A stretch of DNA of 55,750 bases, the filler included, from Bipalium vagum (lineage: Eukaryota): NCBI GenBank assembly GCA_037834085.1. It is 3 parts of 3 records of this genome, joined end to end, with 100 filler letters (N's around TTAATTAATTAA, not from the genome) between each part and the next. Parts side by side here need not be neighbours in the genome. Positions count along the whole stretch, not along the records: positions 15,853 to 32,242 come from JBBMKC010113429.1; 2 more parts are not named here. The stretch is one strand, 5' to 3'. The notes beneath the pieces are model-generated. The model was not told the DNA's origin. It was given only the letters and a program-made list of their open reading frames with translations, and did no database searches. A program made the translations under genes and the position numbers. Below, in pieces: positions 15,853 to 30,218 of the stretch (within the stretch, counting starts at the first letter, position 1; each line of letters starts with the position of its first letter).

Positions 15853-16743
15853 ACTCAGGAGGACGTAAAACAACGCAAAACAACTCGAGATAACTTAAAG
15901 CAAACACAGGAAATTTGGACAATAATCGTAATAGCTAACGAGACGCAGATAATAGTCAAATAATCTACAATTATCCAAGAACAATTAAATTCGACTCGAG
16001 GATAACACAGACGACAATTATAACAATTTATCAAAGGCTCAGTCAATCTCATTATTAGACGACAAGCGTCCGGAAACAAATTAGAATAATTGGGATATTT
16101 GCAGGAAATCTGATTACAAATTTGAGATTATTGTTCGATATAAAAAGGCATATCTAAAGTAGAAAAAGGACCGCTAAAGTAGAAGAAAGACCGAAAGCTG
16201 ACGATCAGACCATCTATCAGAATCGACGATTGGAATTTCAACGCGGACTCAGTCATTCCCGGTAATTCAAGGATATTATTTTATTGAGCAAGTTAATTTA
16301 GTTTTATATATATTTATTTCAATTCAATTTTGATCTAAAAGTTGATAATTGATTATAATACTTTCAACAGTTGCAATTTGATATCATTTTGTAAACTGCG
16401 AAAATTTTAATTAAATCATCCTTTAAAATCATTCCTGAGATATCAATTGGATAGATCCCCAATTGATATTTCGATATCAAAATCACTTTATTTTTTCTTC
16501 TATATCTTTTTTGCTTCCTCTACGTCTAGTAGGGCGGAGGAGCGCTTTTTCAAATTTTAAATACATTTTTTATGTGAGCTAAATTTTATAATTATTAAAT
16601 TTTAAAAATTTAGCTCAAATAAAATAATGTATTCACTTTCAATAATTTAATTGTAAGAGTTTAAATTACTAACATTTAAAGTTTGTTTTATTAAATTTAA
16701 CTATGAATTTTTAAATTTTAGTTTGTTTTACACCAATTTATTT

Positions 16744-19700
16744 ATGTCAAAATTTCGCATTAGTAAGAGTTTAATTAAATATAATTTCTTTAAGATTTAG
16801 TTTTAGCAATTTTTCGTAATTATCATTTTTGAATTAATCATATTCTATTTTAGCATTTAAAAAGGTATTTTATTTTGGATGCTTCGCTGGTGTTGCTTCA
16901 CTTTCATCTCTAGAATTCTTACCGAAGTATTTTGAGTCCTCTAAAATGCCAGTATGATTTTATTAAAACATTTTTTTGTAACGACAGAGTTTAGATCGAT
17001 ACTGGTAGTTTGTGTAGTAAAGATGCGGAAATATTTAACAAACCTCTTCCAAAAAGAAATTATTTTATAGAAAAATTGAAATCGGAAAGTTTTGATGTTC
17101 TTATTATTGGTGGTGGTGCGACTGGCACTGGAGTAGCCTTAGATTCAGTTACCAGAGGTTTCAGAAATTCTTTATATTTATATTAACTTTAAATAAATGT
17201 TGCGTAATAGTGTTCTTTTCAATTTGTTTACACTTTATTAATGTGCAAAAATGCTTTCAAGCTATTTATTGCCTTAAAATATTAATTGATATTTATATAT
17301 TTCAAGAACCTTTAACTGCTTTTTACAAGATAGATCTTTTATGGTCAAAACAATAAAAAAGTTAAATTTCTATCTTGAATATTATTTTAATATTTTTATT
17401 GACTTAATAGATTTTAATATTTATATCTGTTCCATGAACTATTTTTATTGAATATTTATTAATTATTTTCCAGTAATATTATTTTGCTAATCGGAGGGCG
17501 GTATTTTCATTTTTTTTTGATAACACCATTTTTAGTATCATTAATTAATTGATTTTTAATAATTTCTTAGATAAGTTAGGCTTAAAGTTGTGCTGCTTTT
17601 GAAGAAGTATTACAATGCTCATTAAGTCATTTTTAAATATTAAAGAACTTTTTTATTAAAATGTTTGATTGTTGAATACATTTCTTAGGGCTTAAAACCT
17701 GTTTGGTAGAAAAATATGATTTTGCCAGTGGTACTTCCAGTCGCAGTACAAAATTGATACATGGAGGAGTTCGATATCTTCAGAAAGCAATATTTAATTT
17801 AGATATTGAGCAATTCAAAATGGTTATGGAAGCTCTAGGAGAAAGAGCTAATCTTATAAGGGTTGCTCCTCACATTGCGACGGAATTACCTATCATGCTC
17901 CCCTTGTATAAATGGTGGCAAATTCCTTATTATTGGGCTGGCATAAAAATGTATGACTTGGTCTCTGGAACGGAAATATTGAAAGCTAGTTATTATCTCA
18001 ACAAAACGCAGGCTCTGGAAAAATTTCCTATGCTTAAAAAGGAAAATTTGAAAGGAGCCCTAGTTTATTACGATGGTCAACAAGATGATGCCAGGATGTG
18101 TTTATCTTTGGCTCTGTCTGCAATTCGATATGGGGCAATTGTCAATAATTATACTGAAGTTGTTTCATTGACAAAAGATCCGAAAACGAAAAATATCAAT
18201 GGTGTAAATGTACGAGACGTTTTGACAGGAAGTGAATATCACATAAAGGCAAAATGTGTTGTCAATGCTACAGGTCCTTTTACTGATACCATCAGAAGCT
18301 TGTCGAATCCGAAAATTGAAAATATTTGTCAGCCGAGCTCGGGAGTTCATATTGTTCTTCCTGGATATTACAGGTAGAAGCTATTTTCACTTTTTTGAAT
18401 TTAGATATAAAAAATGTTCTCATTTTGTCAACCATAATTATATTTTAATAAAATATAGTATTATCGATTAACATAATAATTTAAATCGATCCTTGCAATG
18501 ATTATACATTTTTTAATTTTCATCCAGTTAATTATTGAAATATATTCATTGTTACTAATTTATAAAATAAAGATTACACAAAATTCGAAATAACTGTGAT
18601 CCACTATCCTGTTAAAATATTCAAAAAGATGAAATTATTAATATAAAGCACCAATAAAATTCACAATTGAGTTAGCGTCCATTTCCTTATTCTATCATTT
18701 TTATACTAAGGAATCAGTTGTCAATTATTAATTAAATAAATTCAAAGGATATATTACTAAAATATTCTAACAATTTACCTATCTTATTTTTGAAAATTTC
18801 CTTTTTAAAAACTACAGAATGTGGTTTTCTATCTATCGCTTTTGAAAAGTGAATGAACGAATTGAAACCAAAAGAAATTTCTTCGTTATTGTAAACATTA
18901 ATTCTCGAATTAAATAGTACACAATTTTAAGACCTCTAGTCTAATATTGATTTCAAATAACATTAAGAGATGATCTCTGAGAATTTAATTATCAATTTAT
19001 TTCCTGTATTGAACAAACGTCGATAATTATTAAGTTTCATGACCAGTGACAAATGTCAATGCAATTTGATTGACATTCTTTTAGCAAACAAGCTAAACTT
19101 GATTTTATAAGAATGTATTAAAGAATCTTATATTAAGCTAAATCAATTTTTTTGCTAATTCTTTAGTAAATTTTGGTTTATTTTTATTAAATTTCATGAG
19201 CAAATGATTTTAATCGAAATGTTAATTTCCATTAATACATTAATTTTATAATACATACAAAAATTTTGACTTCTCTGGTGTAGGTGTAAATGATTAGCAA
19301 TATATCTAAAATATAAACTTTGGTTAAATAATTTTCTAAATAAAAAATAAAATAATCTATTGAAATATAAATTACTGCATAATGATTATATTATAATTAA
19401 TATTTAAACTTGGTAGACTATAACGATAAATTTAATCTAGGGTTAAAATTCATGTAAGTGTTATTTTTATGAGTAAAACCTCTAATTTCTTCGCAGCTTT
19501 ATTCGATCAAGATTTGTTGTGTATATGTTTTAAGAAAATCTGAAGTTCTTAAATAATTTTAAAGATCCAAGTATAATTTGATCAGTAATTTTTATAGTAT
19601 AATTTTTTAAATTATTATATATTTATAATTCATAATAATCAGAATTTTCCGACTGTCTTTGTGATTGTCTTATAAAATGAACAAGTTCCATGATACTTAC

Positions 19701-22700
19701 TAATCATTACTAATAAAAATAAAAAATTCTTTTCTTTTGATTTAGTACCATTTGTTAAGCTTCAGAAAATTTTGATTAGAATACTACAAAACCTTTAATT
19801 ATTGATTTTTTATAACTTTTCGCATTGAAAACATTAATAATAATTGATTAAAGGCTTTGACCTATTCAACCACTAATTGAATCTATAAATAGCAATTCCA
19901 ATTTTCTTTATAAATTGTACCGAACTATCTTCTTACATATTTTAAATAAATCGTTCTATTTCAGAAGTCACAATAAGGTTTTTCAATAAAATTTTCTTTA
20001 AAATTAAAGAAAGTCTTTGAAAAACAACCTTTGCTGTTTTAACTCAACTAATTTTTTTGTTTCTAGTTACATTTCGAACTACTGATTTTAGAATTTTGAA
20101 TATTTTAAAATGTTTTGATCATACAATTTATGGATTGAAAAATTTTATTATAAAGTAAGAAAATAATAATAATTGATTTTATCTCATTAGGATATTAATA
20201 TGTATCGAAATCGTATTTTATGCAATGTCAAGAGATAGTAGTCATAATTTGGTTTTACTTTTGTATCATAACTGCAAATTCTGTAAACAGTTTTTAATAT
20301 TTTTTTAAAATAATGAATTTTCATTCATAATAAATAAAGAAGTAAAATGACAATATAAAATCAGTCCTGCAAAAATGGGCTTATTAGATCCAGCTACAAG
20401 AGATGGTCGGGTGATATTTTTTTTGCCTTGGCAAAACAACACTATTGCTGGAACTACAGATAATCGTTGTCCAATAACCCATTCTCCAGCTCCATCAGAA
20501 GACGAAATCACTTTTATTCTTGACGAAGTTAAACATTATTTGACCTCAGACATTAAAGGTAAAAGGTTGAAATTGAAAATAAACGAAATTTTATGTTTCA
20601 TATCGGTTGTCAGTAAGAAGAGGAGATGTTCTTTCAGCTTGGTCAGGTATTAGACCACTTGTTAAAGATCCAAACAGTAAGGATACTCAATCGGTGGCAA
20701 GAAACCACGTTATCGAAGTCGCTCAAGATGGTTTGTTGACAATATCAGGAGGCAAATGGACCACATATCGTAGCATGGCGGAAGAAACTGTAGATAAAAT
20801 CTACGAAGTAACAAATTTTTTAGTAATTGAAACATCATAAATTGTAATTTTTCGCTAAAGATTATCGGAGAAGAAAAGGTTGCCTGTAAAACTCGAGGTC
20901 TACTTTTAGAAGGAAGCCATGGGTGGCATAAAAACTTTTTCATAACCCTTAAACAAGAATTTGGTCTAGATACCGACGTTGCTCGTCACTTAGCCAGTAC
21001 TTATGGTACGAAAAGTCTTAAAATAGCTAAAATGGCTGCATTCACAGGTTTAAGGTCACCTGTTGTCGGAATTAAGTTACACCCTGAATTACCTTTTATT
21101 GAAGCTGAAGTATGATTATTTAATTCTTTTCTTTAGCTTTTTTCTATTTTTCACTAATTATTTAAACAAAAGGCGATTTATGAATTAAACAAACCATTTT
21201 TAAGCTATATATATTTTATTACCAGTTTTACGCTTAAATCTATGATATTAATTGACTCTAACTCATAAATGACAATGGTTATTTGTTTCCATGGCAACAC
21301 TCATCAATATTTCTGTATGTAGAATTGTGACTTTTTAAATAAAATTATTGAACAGAATATGAAAATCAATATAAAATTTATTTATTTTGTTTTATCTTTA
21401 TTTGTATAATATATTTGCCAGTCAAAATTAAACCCATAAACAATATTTTTTTTGCAGAAAGGATTGCTTTTAATAACATTTATAATTTGTTCAGGTGCGA
21501 GATTTTTATTGTATTTTAATGGAAATTTTCTATCTCAATTATTATTTGGAGATCAGTTTAGAAGAGTAATTTTAATAAAGAAATCTTGTGTGAAAGTTAA
21601 TTTCTTAGCTTACATTTTTAATTGAAGTTACGTTGAAATGATGATAAACTTATGATAAAAGATTATAAATAGAGTAATGGGTATAACTGTGATACTTAGA
21701 GTTCATGCGTTTGCGAAAGCTCATCTTTGAAATTTATATATTACAAAACAATTATTCTCAAAATAAAACAAAAATTTTCAATAATCTATCTGAAATGTTG
21801 TAATACGTTAAATTTATTAATATAAATAAAAAATAAATCTTAATAAATAATTACATATACAAAAAAGTACTACAACATTATAAAACGAGATATCACCAAA
21901 ACAATTGTATTAGTCATCACATAAACACTTATTTTTTTGACAATTAATAACTTTTGTCAATTCATTTTTGTAGTCCTCTCATGCTTAAACCAATCTTCTA
22001 GAAATTCTCTTGTGGCATTAGTTTTCATCGCTCTATTAATCTTTTGGCCATTTACTCGTTTGTAGTTGTCATATGATTATAATTTTATCTGACACGTCAG
22101 CCAGGCTCATCCTAAGTATGTTCAATAGGGTGACATATCAGGAAATCGTGTTGGCCATGGAAGAACTGATACATTCATAGCAAACAAAGCAACAGTCACT
22201 ATTTTGCACTATGTGCTCTTAAATTATCATGCTGCTGCACAAGATTGTGTTTTACAGTACTTGGAATAATGTTAATTTTCATCTTCAGTATCAAACTGGT
22301 ATCTTGCTTTACTCTTGATTTTCTTGGCCTACCAGATCCACTTTTCTTTATAGCATTTTATACATTCATTCCTGAACTGTAATCACAATTTTTTACAGTT
22401 CTGGTGGATAATTCATTCTTTCGGCAACATCATCTGCCAAGTTTTTAGCATACCTCATCACCTTCCTTTTTCAAATAAGTTTAATTGAACCAGTGAAAAA
22501 TATTGTTGATAACTGAACTATTCATTGTTGGTGTATATATATACATATATGGCTGTCCGAAAAGTCTTTACGGTCTTTCTATTATGAAAGATGTTAATAG
22601 TTTGTTTGCAGATATGACGATATTGATTAGAGAAAATATGTATTTCATTAAGAAGTTCTATTATTCAAATGTATTTTAAAATATTATCACAATTAGTAAA

Positions 22701-25700
22701 TAAAAATTGAACATTGCTTAATAATATAATAATAATCATAATAATAAAATAATAAATTTAATGGTAAAAGAGAAAATAATAATTTTTTAAAAAGATTTTC
22801 TTGAGATTTCATTTTATTTATTTTCATTTAAATTATATTCAAGAAACCCAGTTAATATGGTTGATCTTTTATTGTGTCATAAGAATTAAAATTCTTTTAT
22901 TTACGAGCTTATTAGAGTATTTCGTGTAGGTTAAGTGGGCATGTAATGAATATGCAGTGAAAGCCGTCGATGTTTTGGCTTACAGAATCAGGCTTAGTTT
23001 TCTAAATGTTTACGCAGCTCTAGAAGCTTTGCCACGTGTTGTTGAGATAATGGCTAAAGAGTTAGGATGGGATAAAAAGCGCCAAAATCAGGAGATCTGT
23101 GAAGCTCGGGTACATAAATTTCCATTAAAAAGTCAATATTAAGTACTTGAATTAAAATAAAATTATATTTAGGAATATCTCAACACTCAAATGGGTTTGG
23201 GACTGAAAATTAGCAGTCAAAATGTTCCAATCAATTTCAAAGATCAGGAAGTTCATAATCTTTTGAAGAAATTTCAATCGATCGATGAAGGAAATAAGGG
23301 ATTTTTAACGATTTCAGACTTAAAAAAGTATCTCAAAGTATGTCGTCGTTTTTCAGTTGATTTGGTAGGCTTTTACAAAATAATCAATATCATCTATTTA
23401 TTCAGATTTGGTGTTCACAAATTTTGGGGAGTTAAAGTAAAATTCAAGATTTTGGTGATAATGATATCTTTTCTGAAACCATTCCTTGTTTTGTTTTGGA
23501 AAATTTTTTACTATATAATATTAATTTATTATCATAATTTGAAATCGATGTGTAATAAGTGTCAGTATTTTCAAATTGAGAATTTTGTTTAAATTCTCAA
23601 AGTCGAAAACCTGTTTTTTCTTTAAAGGCTATTCAAAACTATTTCTTTTAATACTTTTCTAAGCTTCAGATGATTTTAAAATTAAGTCAAAAAGAGTGAT
23701 GAATAAAAAATGTTTGATGTTGATCTCTAGTTACAAATCAAGATCCAAGTAACCAAACTTGGTATCCTGTTTAAATTGGAATTACTTGTAGAGGAAAAGT
23801 AGAGTTAAACTTTTGAATTTGTATGGTTAATTTGAAAGTATAACTTTAAAAGACTGAGAATAAATTGCTGTTCTTCATCGAATGATCTAATAATTATAAG
23901 GTTCTATTTAATCACAAGAGCGTAGTCAATTTTAAATGATTTTTGTGAAAGCTAATATGGTTTGCAAATTACAAAAATTAAAGGTTACCTATGACCATTT
24001 TATGTACTTTTCTAAAACAAAGGGCAACCTATAGAATCTCGTTATAACTTATAAAGATCATAATGAAGAAGAATTTTAAGTCATGTATGATCAATATGAA
24101 GAATTAATCATTATAGGATTATTTTTTAATGTTTGAATTTTCAACGTCAAAAAAATACTAACGTTAATCTGCAAAAAGTCGGTTGTTATTGGGAAGTTGG
24201 TTAATTTTGAAAATAAATTTTTATAGGAATCAGCTAATTTAAAATATTTACGTGAAACATTTGCCATTAGAAGAATTTTAAGTTTTGTCCTTTTGCTTGC
24301 CAGTAATTCTGCAACTAAGTTAGTCACGAGTATGATGTCATCGATTCTAAATTCAAAAAAAGACTAACTTTCTTTGAGGATTGCATCGGAATTATTGGCG
24401 CATCTGGAAATAGAATGAACAGAAACTTTATCTAAGTACGTAGTAAAAAGATATTCATGGTGTTAAATCCACAAATTTACCGAATGGTACTGGTCGTTAC
24501 TTGTGAAATCGATGGATTGTGGTGATTCACTTTTTAAATCAATAATATGAAGCAAATAAATTAGAATTTTTCAGTAATAATAGTAAAATAAAAGTTTTAG
24601 TTCTCATACTTGATTATATATGAGAATATCTGGAAAATATAATCAAAGAACTGCAAACCTGATTCGAAGAAAGTAGTTTCTTTAAATTTCGGCTATAGTC
24701 AGCACTTTCAGCGTTGCTTTTGTAGCTGATGAATCAATTGAGGTTTTATAATGAGTTTAAACGAAAATCTATGCATAATATAATGTTCACAATGAAAGAT
24801 ATTTTTCTTAATTATCATATGATTATACCGCATTATTCGGATTTAATTTAGAAGGCCTATATTTCTCAGTAACTTTTTTCGATTTGTTTTGACATGATTA
24901 AGAAAATAATTTGAGATTGCATGTGGCTTGTGGATCTTGGGTTAAAATTTTTTGAATTCCCTGCTGCAAACCAATTCATTTTTCCTTGTTTGCTGTGTTA
25001 TGTATTGCATTATTTGAAGTTACATTTATTGGTTGAATATTTCCTTCTATAGATCAAAGTTACGATTAGTAATCAAAAATATGAATTTTGTAATTTAATA
25101 ATGCACATTTTATTGAATATATTTTTTAAAAAAAATTTTAATGTGCAAATCTTTATAATATACAAAGTGAAATATTGAAAGTTGTCTTATCGTAAGCGTT
25201 TTAATTAATTTTATTTTAATTTTTATTAATAATTATAAGTTCAACCCAATAGGAATTTTTCTAATACATTGAAATTTTGTGATTTTTTTTCATAAATGAG
25301 TGATTTTTTAAAGATTTTGATTTTTTTGTGAACAATAATTGTTTGACATAAAATGTAATTCCTTTTTGGTTTTGAACTTTCAGTGCCTTTAAGTTATAAT
25401 TGATTTTTAATTTTGTCTTTTTTAACAAAAAATGACATGGGAAAATATTTTTCATGTATACTTTATCTGATTTTTACATGTCCATATGTAAAATGTAAGT
25501 TTTGGAAACTGCTCTATTTTGCATTTAATTTTAAAGTTTTATGAATTTTTGAGAAGACAAGAAATTTTAGAGTGATCACATGTTTTTAAAGAAAAAAATA
25601 ACGTTTTCTACGGATTTTTATTGTTAATCGTTAATAGCGATATGATGAGTATTACGCAGTTTAACGGTTTTCTAAATTTTTCAGCGCCGTGTTTGTGTGA

Positions 25701-26110
25701 TATCAATTAGTGAAAAAAAAATTTTTATAATAAAATATTGTTATTTTCTTTAGGATTGCGACGTTGTAAGTTTCTGTTAAAATTCTTAAATTGTGTTGCA
25801 GTTTATATTGATAACATATTCTGCTTTGGTATTATTTTTGTTTAAAAAATCTATAATTCTCAGAGCAATCACGAAAACATAACCGATGTCCAACTTATCG
25901 ATATTCTTTCTGAAGTTGATTTAAATAAAAACGGGGAAATTGATCAAGGAGAATTTCTGCAGGTAAATTTAATAAGCTAATTGATTGGAAAATTGTTGCA
26001 ATTTATAGTTTATGAGTGCTTTAAAAACCGGGGCCATTGCAGAAAGTCGTTTTAAACAAATTATAACAAGGGAGAACATTACAATTGAGAGAAGCGGAGG
26101 CGGAGTTTAA
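16744..26110 (+). CDS. GPD2: Mitochondrial FAD-dependent glycerol-3-phosphate dehydrogenase with C-terminal EF-hands, ~715 aa, 11 exons
   Basis: Exons 16744-16762, 16854-16951, 16995-17157, 17689-18373, 20365-20558, 20614-20807, 20861-21109, 22930-23109, 23173-23337, 25864-25962, 26009-26110 (2148 nt, all introns GT-AG, phases consistent). Motifs FDVLIIGGGATGTGVALD, DFASGTSSRSTKLIHGGVRYL, VLSAWSGIRPL, GGKWTTYRSMAEE, EF-hand DLNKNGEIDQGE, C-terminus ERSGGGV. The two N-terminal targeting-peptide exons are less certain. Confidence 0.95.
21880..22520 (-). mobile_element. Tc1-like transposase relic in a GPD2 intron
   Basis: Minus strand VLPWPTRFPDMSP-IEH (~22120-22168) matches the Tc1 WPxxSPDLNPIE motif. 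Boundaries are approximate. Confidence 0.55.
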
Positions 26111-26953
26111 ATGAAATATTTTTTAATGCTTTTTAGTATTATTCTCTAATCTTAGAATTATTATACCTTTGTCGATGTAACTTTTTTTCTTTATATTTAC
26201 TAAACATAATAAATATTGAACCTCTCTATTTGTTCTTGGTTTCGTATGGAGAGAATTCTCTAAATTTCTGTACAAGTTTCGGATATTTTAAAATTGATTA
26301 TCAGATATTTGCTTTTGGAATTTGTCATTTTTTACTTTTTTAAAAAGCTGTAATTTTTTCTTTTTTAATATATCAAAACCATAGATTTTATTTATTTTTA
26401 TTCATTTGAAATTGACATTTTTCGGAGATTTTATTTCACAAAAAACTAGGAAAAAGAAATTAATATTCTATTCTTTGTATTTATTCTTTTTGTATTCTTT
26501 GTATTTATTCTTTGTGTATTCTTTGATTTTATTAATATTGTTATTTTAACTTTTGAATATATCCAAGATGTTGGACAATATTTATTTAAACAATATTGCC
26601 ACTGTTTATTAAGACTATAATTTTTATGCTTATTTTAAAAAATCTTACTGGAATCTATCCACTAATTTCTTATTTTATTAAGAAAATTAAGTTATAAATG
26701 GTGATTATTTTCATAATTGAAATTCATCATTTGATATCTTATAAGAAAGTTGATAAGTATGTGTAATCAATGAAGCAACTAATTTTTTTAAATTTAAGAT
26801 TTATCGGTGAAATAAAATTCTAATCTTCAAGGGCCCTATTTACTTTTGCACTGGATGATAATTATTATTCTTGTTTTTAAATAATATAGGAATTTTGTGG
26901 AAATTTTTAGTTGACTAACTTTTATAAAGGAAGTTATTTTTATATTTCATGCT

Positions 26954-28250
26954 ACATATCAGATAAAAAAAATTTCTCCGAAAAATTAAGATTAAATGTT
27001 AGTTCAATGCTTTATTGAAAATATTACATGTATTACAGGTAATATGATAAAAACCAGTTAGTCTAAGATATATACACTATTGTTATTCAGAATCTGCTCC
27101 AAATGCTTCAACAACCTGCAAATGCCTTCTTTAAAGAAATCATGATCTTTGGAACTTAGAAAATATTGAACTTGTGAAATTGTTTCATCACTCGATTTGA
27201 ATTTAGTTCTAGATAAACTATTCTGCAAACATTTAAATAGGTAATAATCTGAAACGGCTTTGTCCGGAGAATAAGGTGCATCTTTCAAAACTGTCCAACG
27301 CGTCCATCAAGCTTACGTTTTATTAAATTTGACGTATGTGGATTGGCTTTATCTTGTTAGAAGATTATTCTATTTCTAATTAGATGTGCAGGCTAAGTTT
27401 ATTGATTACTGAATTCAATTTTTCTAATTGTTGAATATATACTTCTGTAGTAAACGTTTGTCCACTTTTCAGAAATTCCTTAAACAAAACATCTCATATA
27501 TCCCAAAAAATACACATTATAACCTTCTTATGAGTCAAACCACGTTTAGCTACTGATACGGGTTCTCCACCTGACTTTCCATGATCTGTGTCTATATTCA
27601 GTGTACATATATTCATAATACACCCATTTCTCATCAGCAGTTTTCATCCTGGGGAAAAAGTCTTATTTTCGATGCATATCAACAAACATCCACTCTATTT
27701 TCTTTGTTTACCTCACTAAGTGAATGTGGTACCTACTTATCCTATACTGACGAATAGCCAAGATCATGCAAATAATTTCTAATCGTTTGACTTGTGCTGA
27801 ATAACTAATAATTCATCGGTTCTAATTGTTGGATTTGCTTAAAATTTTACAATAAAACTACATTTACCATTACTTTTGGACGACCATGACGTGTTTCATA
27901 CTTCAAACTGAAATTTCTATCTTTAAAATTTCTAAAAAGCTTATACACAATGGACTTGCATACAATATCATCGTCCACAGATAACTTTATATTATTCAAG
28001 CATTCTTGAAACTTCTTTTCCACTCATAAAAAATTATTGTTATTTATTTGCAAACTTTTCATCTAAAAATAAAAATAAATCTAAAAGATTATATTAAAAA
28101 ATATTATTTATAATAAATTTAAATTTACCTAAAATTAAAAATTCGATTGACCTTTGATAAACAATGCAAATAAAAATACAACATTATTATTAGAAATTTT
28201 ATTTAAAAATTATTTAATTTTTCCGAGAACATTTTTTGTTACTTAATATT
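26954..28250 (-). mobile_element. Decayed mariner (DD34D) element, near full length
   Basis: ORF 27058..27288 has APYSPDKAVSDYYLF (mariner YSPDLAPSDY). The upstream minus strand carries a TADEKW-like remnant (~27625-27640). Weakly matching inverted ends at ~26954-26990 and ~28214-28250. Confidence 0.75.
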
Positions 28251-28399
28251 ATTTTGGAGTCAGATTAAATAATGTTATTTGAATCTTACATTTGAATATG
28301 TGCGAACCAGTTGATAGGTTAATATGTTAGATGTGGGAATTAATTTCAATCTTTTTTTTTTAGAATAATCTCGTTTATTTAAAATTAACTAAAAATAAT

Positions 28400-29060
28400 T
28401 CACTTTACCTAATTTCCGTTGACTTTCTTCCAAAGTTTGAATAGATTTAGCGGTATAAGAAATCTTGATCCTTTGAAAAAATCCACTGGTCGTTCACACT
28501 TTTGTCTTTATAAGATTTAAGCGTGTGGTTAGCGAGAATGCTGCTTAGATGGAAAAAAGTGAAAATCAGATAGTGCAATGTCCGATTAGTACGGCGGTAC
28601 GTAAAGACTTCCAAACCAACTATTTTCAAAGTTTTTTTACTCTTACATTAACATTTACTCTTACTGTAACATGTGGCTTGACCTTATCGTATTTCAAAAT
28701 AATGTCATCATGTATGGTCTTATTGTGTTGTCTTGGAGCTTATTGATTGTCTTAATTTGAGTAATTGTTTTGGATATTTTGCAAAGGAAGGATTTTGCAA
28801 ACATTTTTTACAGTTTTCTTGCTGTTTTTCAGTCAATTTTTGTGGTATTATCTTTTTTCATCTTCTTCATAGCTCGAAAACGTTTACGTACAATAGAGCT
28901 ATAAACATTCAATGTTCGTGTCATTTCTTCAAAAGGTTACAGATATCTTGGATTACTGTTTGTAAGTCTTCATCTCCAAACTTTGATTTGCTTAAAATGT
29001 TCTGTTTTGTATGTTATAGTCGCTAGTCTTAAATCGCGAAACTATTTTCGGAACATACCT
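28400..29060 (-). mobile_element. Second decayed mariner fragment
   Basis: Minus strand LYVPPY*SDIALSDFHFFPS (~28545-28605) and QDN-RPY (DNARPH-like, ~28710-28735). Confidence 0.6.
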
Positions 29061-30218
29061 TTAGATACTCCATGTTCATCCTAAGATTGGTACTAGAAGA
29101 TTGAAAAGAACAAGACAAAGGTGTGTTCTCAATATAATTTTATAGAAAAGTGGAATTAATCAAAGTAGTAAATCTAGGTTCTAAATATCTGCTGACAATA
29201 TTGAGAAATATTTGTTAATTTTATTTTTCATTAATTATTAAAGTCTATTAATCATATTTTTATTTAGACTAAGTTGGTTATATGAACAGTTAATAGTTTT
29301 TATGAATTATGACAATTTTATTTTGATTCTTTAAAACGGGTTTAGGAGTAAAATTAATTTGAGATAAATTATAAAGTTATAACTATTTATTTTCATGAAA
29401 TTACCAGTGTAAGAAGGAAATTTTATGAAAAACTTCATCAAATTTTGATTCTGGCAATAAGGTTTCCGCTAACAATTTTATGCCATAATTCAATGTCGAA
29501 AAATGCCTTTTTGAAAACCTTGTATGATTTACATTGTAGACTAAAGGGAAATGTAAATATAAAAAATGATTATATAAGTAATATAAGATTGAAGGTGTAC
29601 ATTTTGTGACGCCGATTTAACTACTGTTCACAATTACCTTAACTACCACAGTTAAGTATTTTATAGGTAACTTTATTATCTCATAATCTTATTACAGGTT
29701 GGTTTTATTAAATATGGTAAGTTGAGTTTTTTTTTATTAATACTGATTTTCTTCGGGGTCTCCAAAATCTTTAAAATGGAGTGCCATAGAAAAAGGTTGA
29801 TAACTGCAGGTTAATTATTTACTAAAGTTTATTATCTAATCTTTAAAAAGTTACTAACAAAAGAAAGTGGTCATTTATAATTTAATTAGAAAAATCGATT
29901 TTCAAAGATCAAGATCTAATTTTTTGAAGTTCCTTTCAATTTATTTTTTTAATAAAAATACGTGTAATTATTTACGAGCATCAAGTTATTGGACAGATCA
30001 AATTAACCTAAAAGAACAAAATAAAAACGAAAGCTGATTATTACTTTTAAACAAAAAAGTAACTCAATTAGTATCAATGAAATGGAAAAAAAATCCTTCT
30101 CAATGAACAAATCAAACTGAAACTTTTATTATTTCAAATAACCTTTTTTGAAAGAACAAAAATAAACAAAACATTTATTAGCAGCTGAACTATACATAAA
30201 ACTAAATTTGCAACCACA

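Noticed and set aside
24091-24560. hAT-like dimerisation-domain relic in a GPD2 intron (and a hAT-like end near 29790)
   Set aside because: The resemblance is too faint to support by eye, and no paired TIRs or 8-bp target duplication were identified.
24726-24770. Hammerhead core CTGATGA...CGAAA
   Set aside because: The intervening sequence forms no stem II, and no convincing stems I or III are present.
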